Positions 8,829-18,475 of a stretch of DNA of 62,683 bases are shown here, one piece after another. The translations under genes and the position numbers were made by a program. This DNA comes from Promethearchaeota archaeon (GTDB lineage Archaea; Asgardarchaeota; Lokiarchaeia; Sigyniarchaeales; SOKP01), in the NCBI GenBank assembly GCA_048939995.1, contig JBHLOY010000005.1, positions 155,853-218,535 of the forward strand, read 5' to 3'. The notes beneath the pieces were generated by a model. The model saw nothing but the letters and a program-made list of their open reading frames with translations. It was not told where the DNA came from and searched no databases. Positions within the stretch are counted from its first letter, which is position 1; every line of letters starts with the position of its first letter.

Positions 8829-9911
8829 TTAGCTAAGTTCTTTCTTCTTTCGCGCGATTTTTATCATTAAATCATCTAAATTTTCAGGTGGGATTATCAT
8901 CTTTTCTTTATTTCTGAGGAAAATTGCCCCCGATGGACATTTTGACACACAAACCCCACATCCGATGCAACGTTCTTTATTGATATGTGAAACTTCGTTC
9001 ACTTTTATAGCATCCATAGGGCAATATTCTAAACAAGTACCACATCCAGTGCATTGTTCTTCATCTATTTCTGAATAATAATTAGTGGCAAATAGTCGAG
9101 CAGGATTATCAAGTTTTCTAGCATCAGAAAGAATGCCGCAGCAACAACCACAACATAAGCAAAATCCTCCTGGGTTTTTTGAATTTCCTGGTTGAATTGC
9201 GAGACCAATCTCTATTGCTTTTTCCAATATTTCAAATGCTTCAGCTTTAGTAATTTCTCGAGCATCACCGCGATCAATGTAGTTTTGACTGTTTACCATA
9301 CATCTTTCTAACATGTCATGTTTGCAGGATATTCCAACTAATTCTTTAGATTGGACACATACACAAGGCGCTACAGCATATGGTCCTTCTACAGACTCAA
9401 GAATATTCTTAGCATCATCATAATTCATAATCTTATTTTCATAAGTAACAGCTGTATTAATTGGAACAACGCGCATTTGTGGAATCCCCGTTTTTTCACC
9501 TAAAAGTTCCCTTATAAATAATTCTCCGTAATCTTCACTTGCTTGCGCCATTTCCTTAGATAGCCTGTTAACATGAGTTTCAAAGAAGCCGATAGCATAA
9601 GGTAAATTACCATATAATGGTTCGTTGGTCTTAAGATCTACTTCCTTAAATATTATCCTTTTTTCCACCATTAAATCTAATTTGTCCTTAATCTCTTCGA
9701 GACTCATGCCTTTGCTCTTTGTGTGAGAATAAATTTTGCTCAGAGGTACCGGAATAAAATTGAGATGTGTAGCAAGTTCCGCTTCTTCAGGAGTGAAAAA
9801 AGCTTTTAACACCCTAATATCAGAATTGTCTTCTGAAGAAGGAAAGCCGATAGGCATCTTATCGAGATGCTGTTGTAAATCTCGATATATGCTATCACCT
9901 TTTTTCATCAA
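8829..9911 (-). CDS. 4Fe-4S dicluster protein with N-terminal wHTH-like domain
   Basis: FTPEEAEL N-terminus, PCVC, CLCCGCCC, two CxxCxxCxxxCP motifs. Confidence 0.85.
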   Translation of the reverse strand: MMKKGDSIYRDLQQHLDKMPIGFPSSEDNSDIRVLKAFFTPEEAELATHLNFIPVPLSKIYSHTKSKGMSLEEIKDKLDLMVEKRIIFKEVDLKTNEPLYGNLPYAIGFFETHVNRLSKEMAQASEDYGELFIRELLGEKTGIPQMRVVPINTAVTYENKIMNYDDAKNILESVEGPYAVAPCVCVQSKELVGISCKHDMLERCMVNSQNYIDRGDAREITKAEAFEILEKAIEIGLAIQPGNSKNPGGFCLCCGCCCGILSDARKLDNPARLFATNYYSEIDEEQCTGCGTCLEYCPMDAIKVNEVSHINKERCIGCGVCVSKCPSGAIFLRNKEKMIIPPENLDDLMIKIARKKKELS

Positions 9912-9964
9912 ATCATCTTATTAAAATTTTTGCTTTATCTAAATTATCTTTTAAAACTTAAAAA

Positions 9965-11152
9965 TTATACATATTCTATAGTAGCAGGAGGTTTTGGTGT
10001 AATATCCCAGTAAATATTTTTGGTATCAGGAATTTCCAGCAGTTTATATTTGAGTTCTTCGATTAATTCAATCGGTAAATTGGTCACACTTGCTCTTCTG
10101 GCATCTACACTATTGATTGATCTAATGATTACATCATAGATACCCGTATGACTTTCATGAAGCTCATAAAGCACTCTCGAGTATCCTTTTATCTGAGATG
10201 CGAAGTTAGTGAGTTTCTCAAAATCCCATTCCCCTTTTATAGATAAAGGAACCTCATAAGTTCTTTTGCCATCAATTATTCCCGTTACTTTTCTTAAAAG
10301 AACATCAGTTGTTGTGGCGACAAACGCTTGAAATGGTTCTTGTTCTCCTTTCTCGTTTATAATCATGGATTTACCATATTTTTCGATATAATATGCATCT
10401 ACCATGCTTTCAACAATATCATGAACCTTTTTCTCAAAAGCTAAATTTTCAGCTGTAACCGGACCTATTATCCTAGCGGCTAATGCTGGACCTGGAAAGG
10501 CTTTTCTATAAACTAAATTTTCTGGCATCTTAAAATAGGCAAGAATTTTCCTAACCTCATGTTTTGTAAGGCTAGCAACAGGTTGGATACTTGCTTCGAC
10601 TTCATATTCAATTTCTACGTTATGTTGGCTTTTTACAAAAGCTTGACTATGTTTTTCTTTCAATTGTAATTCTTCTTCAAGTGACATAGTTTCTTTTAGA
10701 TCTGAAATTTTAACTCCAAAGCTCTCTTCAATATCGGGTAATATAGTTCCATCAGCAAGGAGATCACATTTTTCATCTATAATAACTCTACTTATAGTGT
10801 CAGAGTAAGCCTGTTTAAATAATCTTCTCTTGTTTTCAGCATCCCCTTCACCATAAATTCTTGGTAAAAATTCCTTACGAATATCAACAATCATGATCTC
10901 TGGAAATAAGTGAGTAAGATAATCTTTCTCTTCCTTGCCCCGTATTATTCTCATAAGACCGTGATCAATGAATACTGGCAAGACATCAACTTGAGCCTCT
11001 TTAAGTAAAAGATATGTGCAGGAACTGTCAATTCCTCCTGAAAGGGCACAAAAAACTCGCTTATCATCTGTATATTTTTGAATGAATTTAACAGCAGATT
11101 TAACAAAGTTTGCTGGCTCATGAGGAGGATCAATTAATCTATGGTTAAGCAT
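9965..11152 (-). CDS. guaAB: GMP synthase ATP-pyrophosphatase subunit B
   Basis: SGGIDS PP-loop, GTILPDIEES, KSQHNV, FPGPALA and C-terminal KPPATIE; no glutaminase domain. Confidence 0.85.
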   Translation of the reverse strand: MLNHRLIDPPHEPANFVKSAVKFIQKYTDDKRVFCALSGGIDSSCTYLLLKEAQVDVLPVFIDHGLMRIIRGKEEKDYLTHLFPEIMIVDIRKEFLPRIYGEGDAENKRRLFKQAYSDTISRVIIDEKCDLLADGTILPDIEESFGVKISDLKETMSLEEELQLKEKHSQAFVKSQHNVEIEYEVEASIQPVASLTKHEVRKILAYFKMPENLVYRKAFPGPALAARIIGPVTAENLAFEKKVHDIVESMVDAYYIEKYGKSMIINEKGEQEPFQAFVATTTDVLLRKVTGIIDGKRTYEVPLSIKGEWDFEKLTNFASQIKGYSRVLYELHESHTGIYDVIIRSINSVDARRASVTNLPIELIEELKYKLLEIPDTKNIYWDITPKPPATIEYV

Positions 11153-11244
11153 AGATATTATTAATTTGAATATGAAAATAAGTTCAATTATTAAGTGGTT
11201 ATGATTAAAAAGTCAGATTTAGAATTAAAAAAATATAACGCTTT

Positions 11245-11721
11245 TTAAAAAATACTAGTAGATTTCTTATTCTTCTCATAATAACGTTGATGATATTCTT
11301 CTGCCCTGTAGAATTTAGAGTAAGGTATGATTTGAGTCACGATTGGTTTTTTATACTTGCCGGATTTATCAAGTTTCTCTTTTAATTTTAGAGCCTTTTC
11401 TTTTTGCTCCTCATTCTCATAAAAGATTACCGATCGATATTGTGTTCCTACATCCCAACCTTGTCTGTTTAGCGTTGTAGGATTATGTAGATCCCAAAAA
11501 ATTTCCAACAATTCCTCATAAGATATTACTTCAGGATTATAACTTACTAGAACTACCTCAGCATGACCAGTTTTATCTGTGCAGACGTCTTTATATGTAG
11601 GATTATCAAAGTCTCCTCCTGCATAACCAACAACAGTATCTACTACTCCTTTAACTTTCCTAAACCTAGCTTCTACACCCCAGAAGCAACCAGCACCAAA
11701 CATAGCTTTTTCTATTTCCAT
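11245..11721 (-). CDS. msrA: Peptide-methionine (S)-S-oxide reductase
   Basis: GAGCFWG, GHAEVV, GTQYRS, AEEYHQRY; start probably ATG 11721. Confidence 0.95.
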   Translation of the reverse strand: MEIEKAMFGAGCFWGVEARFRKVKGVVDTVVGYAGGDFDNPTYKDVCTDKTGHAEVVLVSYNPEVISYEELLEIFWDLHNPTTLNRQGWDVGTQYRSVIFYENEEQKEKALKLKEKLDKSGKYKKPIVTQIIPYSKFYRAEEYHQRYYEKNKKSTSIF

Positions 11722-11887
11722 GTAATACATAAAAAAAATTAACCCTAAAAAAATAGGCATAATGCGATATAAATTAGGCTATAAAATCACATATAATTTT
11801 AAAGATTCTAAGGGAAAAATTGTATTTTTAATAATAGATTTCAAAAAAAAATTTGTGAATTTAATACCTACATAAGAGTTATTCTAT

Positions 11888-13516
11888 TTATCTTTCTCTC
11901 AATTCCCGGTGAAGTATCTTTCCAACTATTGTTTTAGGAATTTCATCAATAAATTCTACAAATCGAGGATATTTCTCAAATCCCATATTTTCTTTCGACC
12001 AATCGATGATCTGTTGTTCTTTTACTTTACCTTTCGATTCCTCTTTCAATACAATAAACGCCTTTATATTCTCATTTCCTTCATCATCAATAATCCCTAC
12101 AACTGCACAATCCTTTATATGATCATTATAAAAAAGTAGATCCTCTACCTCTGTTGGATAAACTGAATGCCCCTTGTACTTTATCATATCTTTAAGACGT
12201 TCTTTTATTAAGATTCTTCCATCGTCATCCATTAATGCCATATCTCCCGTTCGTAACCATCCATCGATAATAGTATGTTTTGTTTCTTCAGGTCTTTTGT
12301 AATAACCTTTCATCATCTGGGGGCCACGTACCCATAGTTCTCCAACTTCATTTAATCCAAGAACTTTACCATCTTCACTAACTATTTTTACATCAGTATT
12401 TGGGAGGGGCATCCCAGCGGTTCCTGCTTTAAAGTTATCACCAAAAGTGTTAGCAGTTACTGCTGGTGACATTTCTGTAAGACCATATACTTCGCGAACT
12501 TTTGCTCCTGATAATTTCTCAAACTTTTTTCTTACATCGTCTGGTAAGGGTGCGGCTCCACTAAAGCAATATTTAATACTTGATAAATCATGTTTTTCTA
12601 TCCCTTCATAATTATTTATATTATTAAATAAAGGAGCGATGCCTGGAAAAACTGTAACTTTTGTGCTTTCGATTGCCTCAATAATCTCATGAGTTTCTCG
12701 AGGATTGAATACACATGTAAGAGTATCTGCCAAATGAACAACTGCATTCATTACAAAACACATATATATATGATAAAATGGTAATACCGCTAAAAAGTTG
12801 TCTTCACTTTCATTAATTCCGGGTAACCATGTTTTAATTTGATAGACGTTTGAAACAATACTTTTATGAGTTAACATCGCCCCCTTTGGAAAACCAGTAG
12901 TACCACCTGTATATTGAAGCATTGCCAAATCTTCTGGATCAATACTAATATTAGGAGGATTAGGTTTTGATTCTCTAATCAGATCCTCAAATGTAGGTTC
13001 TCCACCCATAGGAAACTCGGGTGGAGCCATTGGATCTGGTGATAAATAAGGTCCTAAATTACTGTAGAATTTATGATTAACCCCTGTATCTTCAATAATT
13101 GGATCAACGATGCCATTAAACCCTTCCCATCCAATATATATCTTCGCATCACTATCATTTAGTTGTCTTTTAACTTCTAAACTTTTAAATAACGGTGAGA
13201 GATTTGTGACTACACCTCCCATTTTTAGGACACCATAATAATAGGAAATATAAGCAGGATTATTAGTAAACTGGAGTGCTACGGTATCTCCTTCTTTTAC
13301 ATCAAGTTCTATTAACTTAGTTGCTGTGCGGTATACAATATCTTTTAACTGGGTATAGGTTAGTTGAAATCCCATGAAGTTAGTAATAATGTTATTGGGA
13401 TACTTTTTTGTAGAATCTTCAAGAAAATCGACTAATGTTTTATTGGGGATATCAATTATTTTTGGAATATCCTTAGGCCAATCTTTAAAATAGATTTTTT
13501 GATCTGACATATTCAT
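11888..13516 (-). CDS. Long-chain fatty acid--CoA ligase
   Basis: YTGGTTGFPKG, YGLTE, GWLRTGD, PKTIVGK adenylation motifs. Confidence 0.9.
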   Translation of the reverse strand: MNMSDQKIYFKDWPKDIPKIIDIPNKTLVDFLEDSTKKYPNNIITNFMGFQLTYTQLKDIVYRTATKLIELDVKEGDTVALQFTNNPAYISYYYGVLKMGGVVTNLSPLFKSLEVKRQLNDSDAKIYIGWEGFNGIVDPIIEDTGVNHKFYSNLGPYLSPDPMAPPEFPMGGEPTFEDLIRESKPNPPNISIDPEDLAMLQYTGGTTGFPKGAMLTHKSIVSNVYQIKTWLPGINESEDNFLAVLPFYHIYMCFVMNAVVHLADTLTCVFNPRETHEIIEAIESTKVTVFPGIAPLFNNINNYEGIEKHDLSSIKYCFSGAAPLPDDVRKKFEKLSGAKVREVYGLTEMSPAVTANTFGDNFKAGTAGMPLPNTDVKIVSEDGKVLGLNEVGELWVRGPQMMKGYYKRPEETKHTIIDGWLRTGDMALMDDDGRILIKERLKDMIKYKGHSVYPTEVEDLLFYNDHIKDCAVVGIIDDEGNENIKAFIVLKEESKGKVKEQQIIDWSKENMGFEKYPRFVEFIDEIPKTIVGKILHRELRER

Positions 13517-13692
13517 CTAGAAATAATTTTAAGTTATGTTATTATCGTCATTCTTCCTTTTATTTTTTATATTTTTATAGAAAAAATGGATTACAAACTT
13601 GAGACGAAAATATATCCCCAATTAATTACTGTCTATGGACATAGAGCAATTCATTGTATCATTATATGAGAAATTTATTTAATCGTTATAAG

Positions 13693-14376
13693 TTAAGTCT
13701 TTTTAGCAATAGTCAACATAATGATATAGTCTGCTACATCTTCAGCATTATCACTAATCGCTTCAAGTGCTGAAATGGAACTGTGTATTTCTATAGCACT
13801 GAAAGGATTTATATCAGGTGTATTCGAAACTAAGATTCTATTTATCGCAAAACGTAACTCATCACATTCATGTTCAAGTGTGTTTATTTCTTCGCCAAGC
13901 ATTTGAATTTCAGCTTCTTTAGCAGTAAGTAGCTTATTTACCATAGTATTTAATTTTTTAACAGTTTCTACCGATGTCTTTACCATTTCCATTACTTTCG
14001 AATGCACTTGTTCACCTAATTTAAGAAAATCGTTATGATTCATATAGATAAATATTCTAGCACTAGCGTTAGTTGTATTTGCTATATCATCAATTTTATT
14101 TGTGAGATGTATTAAATTTTCATAAACGCTTGAAGCAAGTTCTGCTTTTGAGAGCATATTAAGAATATTACGTCTAATTCCATCAGCTTGGTTTTCTAGT
14201 TCGTTGACACGAAAGAAAACTTTTAAAGCAAGGTCAATATTTTTTTCTTCTATCAAATACGATAATGCTTTATCATATTCAACGACGCATTCAAGTACTT
14301 TTTGCATATGGATTAGTGTTTTATTTATTGCATTCTCTTCATTACGAGATTTAAACCATTCAAATAATGCACTCAT
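13693..14376 (-). CDS. DUF47 / PhoU-like phosphate transport regulator
   Basis: LENQADGIRR..IDDIAN..LEHECDEL..EAISDNAEDVADY repeated E-x3-D motifs. Confidence 0.85.
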   Translation of the reverse strand: MSALFEWFKSRNEENAINKTLIHMQKVLECVVEYDKALSYLIEEKNIDLALKVFFRVNELENQADGIRRNILNMLSKAELASSVYENLIHLTNKIDDIANTTNASARIFIYMNHNDFLKLGEQVHSKVMEMVKTSVETVKKLNTMVNKLLTAKEAEIQMLGEEINTLEHECDELRFAINRILVSNTPDINPFSAIEIHSSISALEAISDNAEDVADYIIMLTIAKKT

Positions 14377-14395
14377 TCCTATTTCCTCCTTTTTT

Positions 14396-15616
14396 TTATT
14401 CTAATTTAAATATTTCATTTATTATATCTTCCCCAGGATGTTTAAAGATGATTCCCAATTCATTTGGAAAATACACAGTAACTTCTGAGTTTTCTAAAAA
14501 CCTTTGGTGGATTTCAGAGGTTGCTGGTATCGTAACAATTATTATTTTTTCTTTACCATTCAATTGAGTTTTAACTTCAAATCTATAAAAAACTCCCATA
14601 AATTTACGTCTTAAGATTTTTCCTAAAATAGCATTACTTTTCTGCTCGACACGATTACCTAATCTTATTTTCATGTGATTTGTTCTAACTAATAGTAATA
14701 TTTTATCCCCCTGTTGAATTTCACTAATTCTATCTTTAGGAATATAACCAATAAAATTTTTCTCTAAACCTATATTCACTGGTACAGCAATTGAATGATC
14801 ATGAATTTGAATTAAAAATTTATCTAAACTTCTTGATTCTTTAATGCTATCATATGAGCTTTCTTCTTTCTTACAAATACCTTCAAAATAATTTAATTCA
14901 CTTAAGAAATTAGCAACAAATAAATTTTTTGGATGATAATATATTTCGTGAGGACTACCAACTTGAATTATTTCCCCCTCATTCATTACTGCAATTCGAT
15001 CAGCAATCATCATAGCCTCTTCTTCCTCATTAGTTACATGAATTACTGTTAATTGTAATAATTCAGATTTTGCCATTAGCAATAACTCCTGTCTTAAATT
15101 CATCCTAAGACCAGCGTCAAGAGCCTTAAGTGGCTCGTCCAAAATAAGTAACTTAGTTTGCTCCAAATTTAAAAGAGCTCTGCATAAAGCAACTCGTTGT
15201 TTCATTCCTCCACTCAATTCCTGAGGTACTGCATCATCTCTTCCTGTAAGAAGAGTCATCATTAAAACTTGATCAACAAGAGTTTTTGTACTAGTTGAAT
15301 CTCTTGCGTTTACACGTCCACTATATGATATATTTTCAACAATATTCATATGAGGGAATAAAGCATAATTTTCAAACATAAAACCTAAATTTCTCTGTCC
15401 AGATGTTTTATTTGTTACGTCCTCTCCATCAAAAAATACTTTTCCAGAGTCGGGTTTTACTAAACCTGCAATAACCTTCAATAATGTTGTTTTACCTGCT
15501 CCTGTTGGACCCAAAATAATAAAATATTCTTTATCATTTATCTCAAGAGATAAGTTTTTAAGTGCTTTAAACTTTCCATAAGACTTTGACACATTATCTA
15601 ATTTAATATGGACCAT
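14396..15616 (-). CDS. ABC transporter ATPase (PotA/CysA-like, TOBE C-terminus) with degenerate Q-loop and H-switch
   Basis: GPTGAGKT, LSGGM, LDEP; FMFENY (Q to E) and HVTNEEE (H to N). Confidence 0.9.
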   Translation of the reverse strand: MVHIKLDNVSKSYGKFKALKNLSLEINDKEYFIILGPTGAGKTTLLKVIAGLVKPDSGKVFFDGEDVTNKTSGQRNLGFMFENYALFPHMNIVENISYSGRVNARDSTSTKTLVDQVLMMTLLTGRDDAVPQELSGGMKQRVALCRALLNLEQTKLLILDEPLKALDAGLRMNLRQELLLMAKSELLQLTVIHVTNEEEEAMMIADRIAVMNEGEIIQVGSPHEIYYHPKNLFVANFLSELNYFEGICKKEESSYDSIKESRSLDKFLIQIHDHSIAVPVNIGLEKNFIGYIPKDRISEIQQGDKILLLVRTNHMKIRLGNRVEQKSNAILGKILRRKFMGVFYRFEVKTQLNGKEKIIIVTIPATSEIHQRFLENSEVTVYFPNELGIIFKHPGEDIINEIFKLE

Positions 15617-15634
15617 TAGTTCACCTATTATTAT

Positions 15635-16789
15635 TTATGTTAAGGATAATTCAAAAAGAAGATTTTTTGGTGCTTTAAATACATGAATATCATCTTTATG
15701 AATTCCAATGATTAAATTTTCACCTGGAGAGAAATTCTCCTCAAAGTTACCTGGCTTGATTGATAAAAAACTATCCCCATTATCCAATCTTAAATAAAAT
15801 CTTTTTGTGGCCCCTATAAATCTTGAATTTTCTAACTTTGCTTCAAAAAACTGGACTTTAGACCAATCATAAGCACTACTTTGAAAATCATAATTTTGGG
15901 GGAATAAATAAACATCCTCGTATCTGAAAGAAATTACTATATTATCATCTAATTTAAATTTATTGCCAAAATTATTACACCTTAATTGTGGACCTCCTAA
16001 GCGAACCCAAAACAACAATTCTTCTTGCTCAAGTGTTTTTAAGACAAATCCTTGAAGAAAGTTGGTCTCACCAAGAAAATTTGCAACAAATATATTGTTA
16101 GGATTTTCATATAGTTCATAAGGAGTTCCCATTTGCAAAATTCTACCTGTTCTCATAATAATTATCTTATCAGCAATCGCCATTGCCTCCTCTTGATTAT
16201 GGGTAACATGAATTGCAGTTAGGCCTAAATCTTTGATCAAATTCCTTAACTCATGGCGAAAAACTTTTGAAACCTTTGGATCAAGAGATCCTAAAGGTTC
16301 ATCCATAATCATTATTTTCGCTCCTGTTGCGATAGCTCTAGCAATTCCTAATTTTTGTAATCCTGGATTGCCAAATACCGAAGGAAATTCATCTGCATAA
16401 TCAAGCAAATCAACGATTTCTAATGATTTTTCTGCTTTTTGAATAATATAATCATCATCATAACCTCGCATCTCCAAACCAAAAGTTACGTTTTCCCAAA
16501 CAGTTAAGTGATCAAAAATTTCAAAGTGTTGAAAGATGAATCCCATATCCCTATCTTCAGGAGGGATTCCATGAACATCTATTCCATCTATTAATACAAT
16601 TCCTTTTGTGGGCTCTTCAAGACCAGCTATCATTCTTAATGTAGTTGTTTTTCCACAACCTGTAGGTCCAATTAAGAAGACATAATCACCATCTTCAATT
16701 TTGAATGATATATTATCTACTGCAAGTACTTTTCCTTCATTAAATGTTTTAGTAACATTAATTAATTCAATATCAGGTAAATTTTTCAC
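15635..16789 (-). CDS. ABC transporter ATPase (PotA/CysA-like) with degenerate signature
   Basis: GPTGCGKT, FQ, MDEP, VTHNQEEA intact; signature reads FGNPG instead of LSGGQ. Confidence 0.9.
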   Translation of the reverse strand: MKNLPDIELINVTKTFNEGKVLAVDNISFKIEDGDYVFLIGPTGCGKTTTLRMIAGLEEPTKGIVLIDGIDVHGIPPEDRDMGFIFQHFEIFDHLTVWENVTFGLEMRGYDDDYIIQKAEKSLEIVDLLDYADEFPSVFGNPGLQKLGIARAIATGAKIMIMDEPLGSLDPKVSKVFRHELRNLIKDLGLTAIHVTHNQEEAMAIADKIIIMRTGRILQMGTPYELYENPNNIFVANFLGETNFLQGFVLKTLEQEELLFWVRLGGPQLRCNNFGNKFKLDDNIVISFRYEDVYLFPQNYDFQSSAYDWSKVQFFEAKLENSRFIGATKRFYLRLDNGDSFLSIKPGNFEENFSPGENLIIGIHKDDIHVFKAPKNLLFELSLT

Positions 16790-18449
16790 CCCTTCTTTTT
16801 CTAACTAGTCTTAACGCAAAGATCAAAAAGGCACTAAATAATATTACTAATATACTAGCAAAAATTGCACTTGGAAAAGCGTTAGCCTCAACCCAATCTA
16901 CAATTAATACAGGTATTGTTCTAATACTTCCCATAACAACAATCGTCGCACCAGTTTCCCCAAGTGATCTAGTAAAAACCATTATACAACCTGCAATGAT
17001 TCCTTGTTTTATATTTGGCATTGTAACTCTTCTAAAGACAGTTAGATTTGATGCTCCTAACGTACGGGCAGCTTCTTCTACACCTTTATTAGCACTTTCT
17101 AAAACCCCGATTATTGGCCTGACCATATATGGAAACGAGAACGACACATGGACAAATAATATCATAAAAAAACCAGGTTGAAAAAGTCCTAATCCAGCAG
17201 GACCCCAGAATAAGAAAATAGCAAAACCCAATGCTGCTGAAGGAATTGCAATAGGAATATCAAGAATTGTATCTAAAAATGTAATCACCTTTCCCCACTT
17301 TCTTTTTGTAATTATAAAAGCAAATGGTAATCCAAAGATGAGATTTATTAATACAGCTAACCCTCCAATTTGGATTGAATTCATAAAACTTGAGTAAAGA
17401 TAAGCCCACTTATAATCTTGCCCAAGAAATAATTCTCCAATTAAGTCACCCTCAAAAACTTGACTGAGAATAAAGAATGAAGGAATAAGGAAAATAGTTA
17501 TTAAGATACTTATCATAATAAAGTCTCTAATATATCGAAAGTATCTGTGACTGAAAAATCGTTCAATCTTGGGCCAGACTCTTTTAACTGGAAAATCGAC
17601 TTTTCTAGTAAAAAACTTGACTGATAAGAGGAGAGTTAATGAAATTAAAATTAAAATCCCTGCGAGGAGTGATGCTGAGGGTAATTCTAACTGTCTGCGA
17701 AAACCAACTATTAAAATTGGAGCAGTCTCTACCAAACCAGACATTATAATTGTAGCTCCAGTTTCTCCAAGACTTCTTGTAAAAGCTAGTATTGCACCCG
17801 CTATAACACCCTCCTTCATCATTGGCAAGGTAATCGTGCGAAAAACAGTAATTCCTGGTGCTCCAAGCGTCCGAGCCGCATCTTCATACAAGACGTCTGC
17901 TTTTTCTAATACTATTTTCATATTTCTAACAATATACGGGAAAGTGAAAACAATATGCCCTAATATGATTAATTCATAACCTGGAGCAACACCAAAAATT
18001 CCCCAAAAAAGCAGAACTGAGAAACCTAACGCGCTAGTAGGTACTGCCATGGGTAAATCAACTAAAGCATCTAGGAATTTCTTCCCTCTGAAGTTATAAC
18101 GAGTTAATATGATCGAAATTGGAAATGCAATCACTATATCAATAGCAACAGCAATTGCTGCTATTGAAAATGAAATTCCAAGGGAATTTAATATATTAAG
18201 CCATTGCAAATTTCCAATTAATTCATCATTAAATACATCATTATTAATTGCTGGTATGTTTAAGAAAATTGTTGAAAAGATGTTAATTATCGGTCCTATA
18301 ATAACTAAAATGAAAAAAATTATTGTTATCGAGTCAAGACTTTTTCTATAAACTGGTTTTGAAAGAAATCGTTCAATCTTCAAACTAAATGGAAGTTTGA
18401 TTTTTTGCTCTTCACAGTTTTCTATAAGAATAGTCTTTTCTTTACTCAA
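16773..18449 (-). CDS. Fused double ABC permease (CysT/CysW/ModB-like halves)
   Basis: Two repeats with D(L/I)P(M/I)A(V/I)P..ALG, EAA loops (EDAARTLGA, EEAARTLGA) and FTRSLGETGAT. Confidence 0.9.
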   Translation of the reverse strand: MSKEKTILIENCEEQKIKLPFSLKIERFLSKPVYRKSLDSITIIFFILVIIGPIINIFSTIFLNIPAINNDVFNDELIGNLQWLNILNSLGISFSIAAIAVAIDIVIAFPISIILTRYNFRGKKFLDALVDLPMAVPTSALGFSVLLFWGIFGVAPGYELIILGHIVFTFPYIVRNMKIVLEKADVLYEDAARTLGAPGITVFRTITLPMMKEGVIAGAILAFTRSLGETGATIIMSGLVETAPILIVGFRRQLELPSASLLAGILILISLTLLLSVKFFTRKVDFPVKRVWPKIERFFSHRYFRYIRDFIMISILITIFLIPSFFILSQVFEGDLIGELFLGQDYKWAYLYSSFMNSIQIGGLAVLINLIFGLPFAFIITKRKWGKVITFLDTILDIPIAIPSAALGFAIFLFWGPAGLGLFQPGFFMILFVHVSFSFPYMVRPIIGVLESANKGVEEAARTLGASNLTVFRRVTMPNIKQGIIAGCIMVFTRSLGETGATIVVMGSIRTIPVLIVDWVEANAFPSAIFASILVILFSAFLIFALRLVRKRRGEKFT

Positions 18450-18475
18450 AATTCTACCATCTCGATAAAGTAAAT

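Noticed and set aside
16996-18351. Plus-strand ORFs inside the permease gene
   Set aside because: Antisense shadows with no motifs. The same applies to the short ORFs nested in mutS, mutL, the histidine kinase, aroA, aroC and trmI.
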